Assembly (NCBI GenBank): GCA_951406725.2
Contig: OX597831.1
Span: forward strand, 7,378,001-7,442,000
Source: Octopus vulgaris
Taxonomy: Eukaryota
DNA: 64,000 nt
Reading direction: 5' to 3'
Every line of letters begins with the position of its first letter. The stretch's first letter is position 1. Shown here one piece after another: positions 11,807 through 25,495 of this stretch. The notes beneath the pieces were generated by a model. It was given only the letters and a program-made list of their open reading frames with translations, was not told the origin of the DNA and did not search any database. The position numbers and the translations under genes are program-made.

Positions 11807-12481
11807 CGTATATATATGTACACACACGCACACGCACACACACACACAAATCAGTATATATGTGTGTCTGTCCATGACTATGTGTAAACATAAATCGTAC
11901 ATGAACTACATTTTTTTAAACATTTTTAAAAAATACAAAACAAAAACAAACAAAAAAACTCGGAGGAATCGACGATATTTTTCTTCTTCTGTGGGTATTT
12001 GTCACAATAATCTAAATATTTTTTTATAGAACATAATTGTTTCTCAAAAATCGTCTCCTTTTGCCCATCAAATTCGGCCAGCATTGCTTCTGGTGATGAT
12101 GTGGTTCGGCCGATTGGCTTTCTGGATGCATTCAGCATCTTTGAAGCCAACGAGATATTTTTCAATTGTTTGGTAGTGTTTTGACTGTGGAACCAAATCC
12201 TTTTTGTTTTTACCTTGATCTAAGGAAGAAGCAAGTGTATGTGTGTGTGTGTGTGTGTGTGGGTGGGTATATTGCTAATATTTCTGGTCAATTCTGGCAT
12301 CACTTTGTGATCACAAAGAGGAAGCGGTTTCGCATAATTAGAATGCTGATGTTCTTCGTCTGATTTATATTAACGCTACAAGATTAATGAATTAAACTGA
12401 ATTTCTGAATATCTCTAAATCAACGGTGTTGTGTTGGACAGTATCTGTATACCAAAGATTTGGTCTTCTCTCTCTCTCTCA

Positions 12482-12567
<86 letters not shown>

Positions 12568-12776
12568 GCTGTTGTCTCTTTGAACACGATGTATAAGTGT
12601 TCAGTATTGAGTACAGAAGTAACTCCAACAAGTTTGAAGTAATAAGAAGAGGGCAACGTTCAGACAAATGGCCCGTTAAGCTGCAAAGTCACAGGGAACA
12701 TACACAACAGTGGCACACATACAAACACACACACACACACACATACATACATACATACATACATACAACTAAACGT

Positions 12777-13588
12777 CCATAAATTAGAGCCCCCTAAACA
12801 AGTATTACCCTTACCAGTATTGGAATCCTTATCATCAGCTGCCGAACGAATATCATTATGATGTTGATACCTAAGGCAGTGTCATCGCATAAGGCGGTGC
12901 CAGCAGCGTTAAAGCATAAATACTGCCTGGGTATTAATAGTTACGAAGTAGGAGCGAACCCCCACCACCACCACCACCACCATATATATTATAATTTCGC
13001 TTGGGCATAGTGATACTAATAACAAGTTGTTTGAACTCAATAGACTTACGCTTCAGAGTAGAGCGTCAGGTAAGTACAGGGCGTAACGTTAGTTATTGAA
13101 TAACAAAGGAACAGGAATCAACATTATTAGGCTACAGCTGTTTCTGCTATAAACAAGGTGTACAATGAGAGCTGAGTGCTTGTGCAACATCGTATAGCTT
13201 CTTTAGAGCCATTTAAAGGAAGTTATGTTTAATTAGGAGAGCATTTAAAATAACATACATATAAAGGAAACTGATTAATGGCATTCCCACTATACACACA
13301 TACCTACTCTTATGACATACACACACACATATAATGGTAAGGCCTTTTGTGTGTTGCCCCATAGAATGTTATCGAGTGCACAGTACTTGCATTCTGTCTC
13401 GCAAATTCTTATGTTGCCGTGGATCGTGATCAGCTGAAATATTGGGGTATTTGCTTAAAGATTCCCAAAGCCTTATGCGATGACACTGCCTAGGTATCAA
13501 AATCATAATGATATTCGTTCGGCAGCTGATGATAAGGATTCCAGTACTGGTAAGGGTAATACTTGTTTAGGGGGCTCTAATTTATGGA
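12777..13588 (-). mobile_element. Penelope-like element remnant bracketed by a roughly 120-bp inverted repeat
   Basis: Arms at 12777-12895 and 13470-13588. A degenerate hammerhead lies at 13130-13210 (minus). The peptide PRQHKNLRDR (minus, near 13395-13422) resembles the PLE RR-KNLRD motif. Confidence 0.55.
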
Positions 13589-15278
13589 GGTTTAGTTGTA
13601 TGTATGTTTTCTTTCCCCACAACCCAAAGAACCTGGTTGTTTCCAGTGGCAGGAGCTGGTGTTGAACTTAGAAGGTTCGGAGGCGGAACAGATACGGTTG
13701 CTTACATCACTGAACCATGACATACTGCAGTATTCAGTCAGAGCAACACTTGTGTTAGTTACGGACCACAAGATGCGACTCACAAATTTTGCACACAATC
13801 TAAGGATTCCTTTTAAACATGCACCTTATGTTTCATGCTAATAAATCTCTGAACTGACTCCAGTATATTCAGAATACATATTTTACCAACACCTCAATTC
13901 AGAATCACGAAATAAAATGCTGTAGCATATTTTACATAGCATTTTATTGTTCTGAGTTTCTCTTCTGAATTTCCAATAATAATTATGACCGAATCGGTGG
14001 TGCCACAACGGTATGTCATGTTGCATTTAAGTTCATCAATCTATGTTCTGAGCTGGAATACTACTTTGCTTCTAATTCCTTCGGGGTCAATAAATAGCCA
14101 CCAGACATGTACCAGGCTCGTCTTATTAGACGTTACTATAAGATATTGATTTTGTGCTCAAATGACAAATTATTATTATTATTAAACAAAATTGAAGACT
14201 GCTTTATAGATGCACAGGTCGGCCAACAGCGGTTGTTGTACGATTGGATGGTGAATAGTTATGGGTGATCTAGCAGCCACCCGACTGACTAAATTTTTTG
14301 TGTCACCCCATAGAATGTTATTGCTTTGTGTATTTAAAAAAAACACTGGCTTTAATTATTTGGAGGAACCATCTGTATGAATATCGTCAGTTGCGAAGCA
14401 GTAAACATGGTTTTAATTTTATTAAAGTCATTTTCATATTTTTGTGTGAGAACCTTGCAGTTTTTATGGAATAATAAAATTCCTGAAAGCAGACTGTCGA
14501 AATGTTTAAGTACAAACACTAAAGAAGTTAGAAAACAAAATAATCAATGGCATTTATTATTGTCAATGACAAACATTGTTTTGTCCGTTCCAGGCATGTA
14601 CAAGAGAACTCCGGGCATGTTTCTTTATTATTAGGCCGTCTCAGTGAACACGGACATCACCGTACTTACTGATGTCCATCAAAACCAATAAACTTTTTCT
14701 ATCGGATTCAGGATTATCAAATATACTTTTAAAAGATTGCTGACCACGTGGTAGTACGTAGCTTTTGCTCAACTCGTCTTTTATACTCTGTTTCTTTATT
14801 AGCCACAAGGGCCCAAAATAGAGGGGGACAAACAAGGACAGACAGGACACCACAGAGGGGACAATACATAAAACGAATATAAATGAGATGGTTATATAAC
14901 AATGAGGTTACGAATGGCTGCATGCGACCCTCATCACATGCATTACCATTAATCTTGTTCACAGTCCATTATTATCTTGTATTTACATAACAATTATCGT
15001 GTTACATACCATTGCAAGGATTTGAACCGTTGTATACATTCTCTACAATTGTTCTTCAATTTTTCAATATTTTTTAAACATAACATAAAACACTTTACTC
15101 TTTCTTTTTTTTTTTCCTTCTTTCTTCCTTTTTTCCCTCCTTTTTTTTTACGCTGATGACATCATTGTAATAAGGTAAACCATCAAATAAGATTAGAGAG
15201 CATTGCACATCGAGGAGACTTGAGGAATTAAAACATATTCAGGACAAAAATAAAATGCTGAGCTCATTAACGTATATT

Positions 15279-15655
15279 GCGAGCTGGCGGAATCGTTAGG
15301 ACGTCGGACGTAATGCTTAGCGATATATCTGAGTTCTGAGTTCAAATTCCGCTGAGGTCGACTTTGCCTTTCATCCTTTCGGGGTCGATAAATTAAGTAC
15401 CAGTTGCGCACTGGGGTCGATATAATCGACTTAATCCGTTTGTCTGTCCTTGTTTGTCTCCTCTGTGCTTAGCCCCTTGTGGGTAGTAAAGAAATAGATA
15501 TTTTGTCTGCCGCTACATTCTGAGTTCAAATTCCGCTGAGATCGACTTTGCCTTTCATCATTTCGAGGTCGATAAACTAAGTACCAGTCAAGTACTGGGG
15601 TCGAAGTAAATGAACTATCCCCCTCCCCACAAATTCGAAGCCTTGTGCCTATCAT
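15279..15655 (+). mobile_element. SINE family A plus a second headless unit in tandem
   Basis: gcgagctggcggaatcgttag head and B-box-like gagttcaaattcc. The body restarts after aaagaaatag near 15497. Confidence 0.9.
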
Positions 15656-16131
15656 AAAATGGATTAGCAAATATTGGAGCATATGTGCCAAAAGCCACGC
15701 ACCACTCTGTGTCTTTTGGAATCATCTCATAATCCTCAACCAAACAGTGTTGTTTGTGTTCTTTTAGCTGCATATCGGTTCTGATTAAGCAGATCAACAA
15801 CATTCTAGCCCTGATCACTTTGTATTTCCCCATTAAGCATCATGTATCTACTACTTCATCAGCGAATCTTGTCTCAGATATGTTTTTTTTTAAACTTAGG
15901 GCGCTTTTTTAAGGAAATTTGACGGCTATTTCTAGCAGGTTGAGTAATCTCGTAGATGCTTTCCTCACCAAAAAGGCCACACATATATGTGTTTGTGTGT
16001 GTGTGTTTATTGTGTCATGCGAAGAGATTTTTTTTATTAATATCTACGAATATATAAACATACGCACATACATGCACACATAAATACATACATAGACACG
16101 CGCACACTCATTCACACATACACATTCTTAA

Positions 16132-16452
16132 AAGACTCCGCCGGTTACGACGACGAGGGTCCCAGCTGATACGATCAACGGAACAGCTTGCTCGTGAAAT
16201 TAACGTGCAAATGGCTGAGCATTCCACAGACACGTGTACCCTTAACGTAGTTCTCGGGGATAATCAGCGTGACACAGAGAGTGACAAGGCTGACCCTTTG
16301 AAATACAAGTACAACTCATTTTTGCCAGCTGAGTGGACTGGAGCAACGTGAAATAAAGTGTCTTGCTCAAGGACACAACGCGTCGCCGGGAATCGAACTC
16401 ACAACCTTACGATCATGAGCCGAATGCCCTAACCACTAAGCCACGCGCCCTC
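16132..16452 (-). mobile_element. tRNA-derived SINE (family C), related copies near 23280-23560 and 27845-28107
   Basis: Minus-strand head gggcgcgtggcttagtggttagg...gagttcgattccc, followed by ttgtgtccttgagcaagacactt. Confidence 0.88.
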
Positions 16453-16914
16453 ACACACATACACATACACACATGTAAAAAACCGTTTCTTATATATTAG
16501 TTATATAAAAAAAAGGCTCTGTATAGAATTGTCCTCAAAACAGACGATAAATGATAGAAGCATTAATCATAACAATGGTAAAATAACTACACAGACAATA
16601 TCCACACTTAGACAATATATAACAAACGAGGCAGTATATACACACAGACAACATTCACACGTGTGCTATATACACATATTATGAACGAAATTCATTCGAC
16701 TCTGATGACATAAATCAAACGATCGAGTTTCGAATTCATGACAGTTTAAACTAATTATGGTGATGGAGTCTACCCAAATCTCATTCGGCAACCATAAACG
16801 AAACAATTCCAAGCAGCGACAGATAATATTTCGCTTCCTGAAGATGAGGCTGAGAAATTCTAGAAATGTTGATGATGGATTTCAGGACTTTATTATTCCG
16901 AGGGAACTGCAAGG

Positions 16915-17325
16915 GACTCTCTTTACTCTTTTACTCTTTTACTTGTTTGTCATTTTGACTGCGGCCATGCTGGAGCACCGCCTTTAATCGAGCAAATCGA
17001 CCCCGGGACTTATTCTTTTGTAAGCCCAGTACTTATTCTATCGGTCTCTTTTGCCGAACCGCTAAGTAACGGGGACATAAACACACCAGCATCGGTTGTC
17101 AAGCAATGCTAGGGGGACAAACACAGACACACAAACACACACATATATATATATATATACATATATACGACAGGCTTCTTTCAGTTTCCGTCTACCAAAT
17201 CCACTCACAAGGCTTTGGTCGGCCCGAGGCTATAGTAGAAGACACTTGCCCAAAGTGCCACGCAGTGGGACTGAACCCGGAACCATGTGGTTGGTAAGCA
17301 AGCTACTTACCACACAGCCACTCCT
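16915..17325 (-). mobile_element. tRNA-derived SINE (family B)
   Basis: Head aggagtggctgtgtggtaag...gggttcagtccc and (taaaagag)n tail. Near-identical copies at 28130-28474 and 45264-45655. Confidence 0.9.
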
Positions 17326-17739
17326 CATACAAAAAAAAAAGAGAAAAAGATTTTAACAAAAAGGAGTTAAAACTAGAATATAATCCTGTTTTCAACGCAG
17401 CATTACATACACATGTGCACGTGTGCATGCGTGCGTGTATATGCGTGTGTGCATGTATGCGTGCGTGCGTGTGTGCGTGTGATTTATATTTTTAATTCGC
17501 TCATTAGGAATGTCGCTGTTTGAGGGAATCGAGCGACGAAGTGGGCGATGTGAGTTTTATATGAAAAACAATTGGGAAGAAGAGAAAGAACCCGACAAAT
17601 CTATTCCCGTGACTCACCCAAAATAGCAGAGACAATGGGAACAAGCAATCAGGAATTGGTGAAACTTGGATATGTCAAAATGAGACTTAAAAAAGAACGA
17701 AATTAAGGATAACTGAGGGATGAGTGTCAAATGAAATAA

Positions 17740-18058
17740 ACATCAGGGATGCGTTGCCTCACGCAGCAACTGCAAACTTTCCATTTTGGTGGTGACTAAA
17801 GCTGTCGCAATGTTGGAAACCTTTCTCTATCAACAGTATTTTAGGGTCACAAGTGTGTTGGTCCTCAGCTTGTCTGCTTCACAAGAGCAGGGCAGCGGCG
17901 ACTGAATTAGTTTTAATCTGCAGAAAGGTTCCATCTGCGGCCTCCCTCTTCGAACCAGTTTCAGCTATCATGGCTGTCTTTTTGGTGACTTTTCTTTTCA
18001 ATTGTTTGGGCTCCAAACCAATCTTCTGCAGGAAACAGCGCATTGATCTTGATGGATA
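17740..18058 (-). mobile_element. Possible 3' end of an RLE-type (Hero/NeSL-like) non-LTR retrotransposon
   Basis: Minus-strand peptide YPSRSMRCFLQKIGLEPKQLKRKVTKKTAMIAETGS resembles the C-terminal helix after the RLE domain. Confidence 0.4.
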
Positions 18059-19938
18059 TAAAAATAAACTGAAAAATAAGAAAAGAGGGCAGATACCAAG
18101 AAGATTTCAACAAGGAACTCCTAAACCGAAGAGAGTTTTTTTTCAAAATTGTTCCGTATTTGTTACAACAGGTTTAACCTGTGTTTAAAAACAGACCCAA
18201 TTTCCTTTATTTAAATTTATTTGATTATCATTTTCAACTCATTTAAGATAAATTTGCTTACGGAATTAGCATCACGGGAACACTAGTGAAGAAGATATTC
18301 CAAACAAGAGTAAGAAATGCCTAAAACTTAATATAAGACGATATTTTAATTTCTCAAAGTAAAATTCCGATAGATTTGTCAAATTAACAGCATAAAACTA
18401 AAAGTGTCACATTTTCTATGTTCGGGAAAATCCTACAAATTATTCAGATTATAATTTTCTTGGCCTGTTTTCCCCATTTTCGCAATCATATATTTACTAT
18501 ATTTATATCTACACTACGTCTCAATCTCTTAGGGTCGTTAGAATCCAGCCAGGGCCCATACATTTGACGAGATGCGTATCCAGACGTAAATCACCTGAAG
18601 ACGACCAGATATAGGCGCTATCGAAATGCAATGTCGTTCTAAATACTGGAAATATTAAAGATAAGATTAACATCCCGGAAAATTCTAATCTTATTAACAA
18701 TTCATCTCAGACAGTTAAGCTTATAATCAACGATAAAATATGTCGAAGAAAACAGTCTTAGGATATCACTTCTAATTAACCAAGTACTTAAAGTGGATGC
18801 TGGATTTCTCGTTGGTGTCAGTGATGAGGATTCATTTGTTCGAATATGAGCGGTTGAATATTCCGTAGATAAGCGTATCGTTCGCGTAATTCTCAGGCCG
18901 AATCAGGGTGACAAGGCTAAATTACAGATACAATCGAGAGAACAAGAAAAAAAAAAAGAATTGTTCCCCAGTAGTTGACTGGTACTTAATTTATCGTCTG
19001 GAAAATTATTAAAGTTGAGCTCGGCAGGGATTTGAACTCAGATCGCAGAGAACCGGAATACTGCCATAGATTCCATTCGTCGCTCTTATGATTTCCACAA
19101 TTTACTGCCTTCAATAAAAGTAGACAAAAGATAAGAAATAAGAGGTGGATTGGCGGAGTCGTTAGAATATCGGTGTTTGTTCTGACTTCTTATGTTCTGA
19201 GTTCAAATTCTGCTGTAGTCAACTTTGTGTTTCGTCTTCCTGGGGTTGATAAAATACTAGTCCAGAACTATGGGTTAGAACAATTATTCGAACAATGATC
19301 AAAATGCTTTGCAATATTTCTTTCTCAGCGATATAACCGTTCCAACTCCCAAGGCAGGCGTTGTAAGCTTTCTCTGCTTTTGTTATATTCATCACAGAAA
19401 CAAGCAGTATCGGTGGAATTTTCACGGTTAGTTTAAAAACTAAGATTGCTGCAAGTTTATAAAGACCCATGTAGTACATCATTTCTTTTGAATTTTTTTT
19501 TTTTTAACTGGAGCATTTAATTCTTGAGATGATGCAAAGTTTACGCTGGTTGTACAGAATGTGTAGTGTGAGGTGAGGACATTGTTGAAAACGCTACTCT
19601 TTGTTATATATACTTGTCATCCGTGTTACCTTGAGAAGTGCTTTTATTTTAGTTTAATGTCAAGAAGTAAACGTGCCTTAGAAAGAGATACATCCTATTG
19701 TACCCGGGGAAAATTCACGTTTACTTTTCTTTGACATTTCGTTGTGAAAATGGTATTATAGCAATATCTTTTTCAGTATATATTTTGTAATGGAGTTCCC
19801 TGTCTTCCCAGAAGATGCCAATGAGATGTCAGGTCGGAAAGAAAGGAAGAAAAAAAAAGATAGGCAGAAGGTAGCAAGTAACCACCTTATTATATATAAT
19901 ATTACAGAGAATAATTTCGTATTGGCAGATATACTTAA

Positions 19939-20151
19939 AGCAATTACAGCGCGGAAGACATATGTCAGCCATTCAAAAACACACAAAGATTGTTCACTGA
20001 CACGTTTCCGCAATAGTGTAAATGTGTCAGTGGCCAGGTCGCAGTTGGTGCGACGAAAATTTTGACCCCGAATGATAAATGTTTAAGTAAAGTTAACACC
20101 TTCGTGCGTTTTTGAATGGCTTTTTGTGTGTCTTTCCGCGCTGTAATTGTT
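19939..20151. mobile_element. MITE, Kolobok-like
   Basis: About 50-bp imperfect TIRs (agcaattacagcgcggaa / ttccgcgctgtaattgtt), flanked by TTAA on the left and TTAG on the right. Confidence 0.65.
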
Positions 20152-23100
20152 TTAGATTAAACACGCGGTCTCAGATCAAATCACTTGTCTGACAAATACA
20201 TCTCTAAAATTCTGATATACTTAATGTACACTTCTAAGGGTTTCTCGAGAAAGATACTCTCTTTGCAGGCGGTTTATCGACTATATTTCGTTTTTATCTT
20301 ATTCGCTGTTTTATCGATAATTCGACCAATAATGGAACGATGATCGATAAAGCCAACCTTGCCAAGATTTATATGTTTATCACACATTACAAATCTATTA
20401 AATTTATATACGATTGCAATTGCAATCATATACGACATATGTTTGACCGTACATGTCATACGTATGGTCATATTTATGTCACAAGTATGGTCATAATATA
20501 TATACATGACATAACCGGAGATTTGTCAAGAAAATCACACGAAGCATATAATCTTGGGTCGTCTTGCCCCACCCCCATTAAACCCTGAAAGAATGATGCA
20601 ACATTTTTGTCGCTCAAAACACGGTTTTCTAAGAATTGACGGTTTTTGCATGTGTGTGCGTGTTTGTTTTCCAATTCTCCTTCAGTTTATGCCTGTAATA
20701 AATCAAGTAACAATACATCTAAATGTAAATGTAGACATTCCAACATGTTCCAGTATTGAAACCTTAGGTATTTTGAAATTATCCTGAGACCTAGAGCATT
20801 GTTGTTGTTGTTATTGTTGCTGTTGTCGTCTGGGTTGATCGAAAAGATCCACGCTTAAAAGTTTTCGAGCCGTTACCACCAGTTTTTCTTTTCTTAGTAT
20901 ATTTTGATTCAGCATTGTGTTTTTTTTTGCTTCCTGAAGATGATAGGGTGTTGTATGAAGGAGATCTGACAACTATTTCTTACATGCTGAGTGACCATGT
21001 GGAGGCTCCCTCGTTAAATCGACCGAAAGCAAAGTATCCGAGCCCCCTCCCCACACCCCCTTTGTCAGCGCGCATTTTTTTCGTCATATTCCTTCAATAT
21101 ACGATGCCTTACACCTGTTACACATATTCTTTTCCATTTTCCCCACCCGGGTGCGGATCTAGATATTAACCGTAATGGTTTGATTATTCATTATGAACTA
21201 TGGTTAGGTTCAATGACCAGAATTAGCTCTAACCAGAATTATCCATACTGTCCAAAAATTTCAATCGCCTGGTCTTGTTTCTAAACTTGAAAGACTGCCT
21301 GGGAGAGCTTTACTACTTTATCGTTGAATAATTACATTTGATCCAAGTTTTAAGTTTTATCGTAGTACATATGAAAACCCTACTTTTCGTATTCAGTCTT
21401 TGCCCTTGTTCCCTGGAGATAATTTCTCTCAACCAAATGGTTGAATAGCTTTGGCCGGTTTTAGAAGAAATTTTGCTTATATTTTATCATGACGTAACCA
21501 TGGACACTACGTCATAATAAAATAGATGGTAGATGGGCAGAATCGTAGGAGCATCGAACCAGAGAGCCTTGTGATATTACATAGTTACAATAACTTACAT
21601 TCTGAATTAAAATCCTGATGAGGTGAACTTTGTCTTTTCTCCTTCCGTGGTCGATAAGATAAATCACAGCTCAAGTACCAGGATTAATGGATTCAACTCT
21701 CCCCGCCTTCCCAAATGTACTTATGTTAGCAGAAATGAGAAAATAAATGGGATAAAATGAAATAATCGATTAATTTAACTAAGAACGATACACAAAAGTT
21801 ATCAGCAAGAATAAAAAAGACAACCAAAATCTCACACAAGAACAAAAATGTAAATTGTGATAATTTCCCATTCAGTATTAAAGAAATGGCCGAGAATGTC
21901 AAGTTGAATGCTTACAATGCTACACTCCTCGAAGAAAATATTACAAAAACGAAAATGCCCAGAATAACAGTGAACCGAAAACAAAGAAAGCCCGGTAGAC
22001 GTTTGCAGATCTCAACTATTTGCTTTAACGGAATACAACAACGAAAGCACAAAACATTTTTAGAAATGCAGTGATTATAGCTGGACAAGAAGCCGTCGGG
22101 AAAACAGCAATGCATTAGCAGATGTATGAAAGGAGTTAATTTCAAACAAAAGAATCTCAGAAGCAACACTCTCAGCCATTAAACAAGACATTCAACACAA
22201 CACAAGGCACCATCCCCAAATAATAGTTTAAATTCAATTGAGATTTTTGGTTACACAGCAATTCATAGAGTAACCATAAAAGTATGCAGAAGACCACTAC
22301 GAATAGAATGGATATTGGAATCAACAATCGCAACAACAAACGGCAATGATTAACGAATGGCGATAAACTCGTTTGGCCATCGCCAGTGTCATTAATATGT
22401 CATACAGTTTGTCTTGAAGAAATTATGATATTACATTCATGGAAGAAATCAATTTAAGTAACCAAGTTATATTGACATTAAAGAAACGCGACCTAGAAAT
22501 AAAAGCTCAAAAAAGTAAGCCATTGCGTCGCTGCTGTTGCTTCCAAATGAAATGAATCGTAAGAGCATCGAACCAGAGTGCTTTGTGTTATTACATATTT
22601 GCGAAATCTGCTTATAGTTGAGGGATTTTGGTAAGGATAGGACTCGAACGACAAATTCATCGACTGGTAGTTCATCCCTCTAGTGCCTTCGTCATCTGCA
22701 ACTCACTAACAGATTTTAAAAAATGAAGTGGGGGAAAAAATTAGAAGGCATCAAAGAAAGAACATCAATTGTAAACCGATAAAAAAAAATCTACAAAAGG
22801 AATAAAAGGAAAATAAACCAGCTTTGTTTTATTGCTTGGTCGAAGAAGAGAGAGAGAGAACCTCTGAAGGTTTTTTTAAACTCTTGAGAGATCTATGTGA
22901 TTCATGTTCAGTTTGAACATCTGTTTGAAAAACGTGTGCAGGAAGAGAAATTCAGTGAATTGTAGCTGTGGCGAGAAATGATTAAGATGTATTTAGTGCA
23001 GTGCCTCGCGGAGTAGAGATGTGACACAAGGGAGAAAGAAAGATGTAGGGGACGGATGTACGAAGTGAGATTGTGTCGTTTGATAATTCAAAGGCGAAAA

Positions 23101-23605
23101 GATCGTGTAATATTGCTAGAAATGGAGGAGGAGGAGGAGGAGAGAAACAATTGTCTTGAAACAGTGATTGAAGATTTGTTAGTGAGTCTATATCGAAAAG
23201 CTAAATTATCGTTTTATGGTCTATATAAATCTAATGATGCCTGCACCATTTATCACTACATGATTAAATGGCTCTCTTCACAACCACGAGATCTCGGTTC
23301 GATTCCATTCGGTGGTATCTCGAGTAAAGTTTGTTGTCCAGTCTCTGAATGACCCAAGACTTGTGAGTGAATCTGGGTGGCTGGAAACTGAACAAAAGAC
23401 TGTCCAATGGACAGGACTTGTAATTAAAATAAAGCGAAACCTTGTCACACGGCGCAACGCTGATTCTAGTCGAAGGGTAAGGGTACACGTGTCTGCGGAA
23501 TACTCAGCCACTTGGCTGGAGGATAATTTAATGAGTAAACCATCCATGGGATCGAAACACAGGGGATTCATGCGTCGAAATGAAGGAGGAGTCTGTCATA
23601 CATAT

Positions 23606-23683
<78 letters not shown>

Positions 23684-24542
23684 GCACATATATATAAAAT
23701 GAAAGACATTCTACTCGTGACTATCCTGCCTTTTCAGTCGCAAGGAGAAGTTTCATTGCTGAAAGGAGAGAATGTTTAACGTTTCAGTTTTGTGTACTTC
23801 AACAGAATAAATTAAATGAGAACTGTTAGCCTGGCTGTCGGGACAGGAGATGGATGGCACGGTTCACCTCAGACTACAGCAGCCAATATACACTATTCCC
23901 ACTTCTTTTAAAAGTAAAAAAGTGATTTGAGAAAGAAATGGCTGTTATTTCGGTCGAGCGGTCGAGCACACAGCGGCCATCTCATTGGTTTGTTCTGAAA
24001 TTGCTGATGTGTTTTTTAAATATTTTTTGGTATGTCCAGAGTGTGGTTCTAAAAGGGTCAGCTGGGTTATGATGTGGACACTATTTTCTTGGTCCTTTTA
24101 AGTGTACGATTGAGAGACAGACAGACAGACAGATAGATAAATAGAGATAGATAGATAAATAGATAAATAAATAAATAAATAAATATACATACACACATAC
24201 ATACATACATACGTACACACACACACACATGTATTTTGCGTGTGTAAAGTCATAAATGACAAGAGAAATGGTTTGATGAAATTTTATTTAACAATAACAA
24301 CATTCTAATTTCCTGACAAATTGTTTCGTAACTTAAAAACATGTAAATAATTTATATTATTATATTTAATTAATAAATTACTTACATATCTGCATTAATG
24401 CAAAATGCAAAAAATCCTTCAAAATGAGGCAGAATTTAAGCTCCAGTTTATCATTATTTAGATTTTCAATTACACATATACGGGGGCACCAAGCTCTTTT
24501 AAATGCTTAAAGTCTCTATGGGTCCGGCCCTGCTAAATAAAG

Positions 24543-24727
24543 TAGTAGCGTAGCTGGAGATGAGGGGAGAGACAGGGAGCAGTTCTCCCCTGGTGATGTT
24601 TTTATGGGGGTACCACTTGACAGTTTTGGGTCTGATGTGTAAGCCTATATAGGCTTGGAGGCTGGGGCACAGGAGGCAGCAAGGTTAAGAGCTGCCCAGG
24701 GCGGAGCACATTCTAGCTATGTCATTG
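24543..24727. mobile_element. Degenerate hAT-like MITE
   Basis: Ends tagtagcgtagct and agctatgtcattg resemble CAGTGGCGTAGCT-type TIRs. Confidence 0.4.
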
Positions 24728-24911
24728 CTTAGATACCGCTAGAAGACACGACAGTCACGGTTGGAATGCCTTTGATTACAGGTTTGATCGATTAGGTTTG
24801 ACCTTGGAGTGAAACAGCAAAATATGACTGTTAAGTAACGACTGATGAAGGTTTCGATGTGGCGGTGGAGAAGAAAGAACAACTCCCATTATGTAAACAA
24901 TGAATAAATAC

Positions 24912-25495
24912 CTATTTTCTTTACTACCAACAAGGGGCTAAACACAGACATACGGATTAAGTCGATTACATCGACCCCAGTGCGTAACTGGTACTTATTT
25001 AATCGACCCCGAAAGGACGAAAGGCAAAGTCGACCTCGGCGGAATTTGAACCCAGAACGTAACGGCAGACGAAATACCTATTTCTTTATTACCCTCAAGG
25101 GGCTAAACACAGAGGGGACAAACAAGGACAGACACACGGATTAAGTCGATTACATCGACCCCAGTGCGTAACTGGTACTTAATATATCGACCCCGAAAGG
25201 ATGAAAGGCAAAGTCGACTTCGGCGGAATTTGAACTCAGAACGTAACGGCAGACGAAATACCTATTTCTTTACTACCCACAAGGGGCTAAACACAGAGGG
25301 GACAAACAAGGACAGACACACGGATTAAGTCGATTACATCGATCCCCAGTGCGTAACTGGTACTTATTTAATCGACCCCGAAAGGATGAAAGGCAAAGTC
25401 GACCTCGGCGGATTTTGAACTCAGAACGTAGCGGCAGACGAAAAACCTCAAAGCATATTGCCCGGTGTGCTAACGATTCTGGCAGCTCGCCGCCT
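24912..25495 (-). mobile_element. Head-to-tail trimer of SINE family A (one head, three bodies)
   Basis: About 180-bp period, with junction agacgaaatacctatttc near 25067-25085 and 25251-25268. Confidence 0.93.

Noticed and set aside
13470-13540. Permuted hammerhead in the inverted-repeat arm (CTGATGA with ggcag/ctgcc and taagg/cctta pairing)
   Set aside because: There is no GAAA box or stem III in the required position.
15193-15411. Recurrent MRNWYLIYRPRKDERQSRP ORF, apparently a gene family
   Set aside because: It is the antisense reading of SINE family A.
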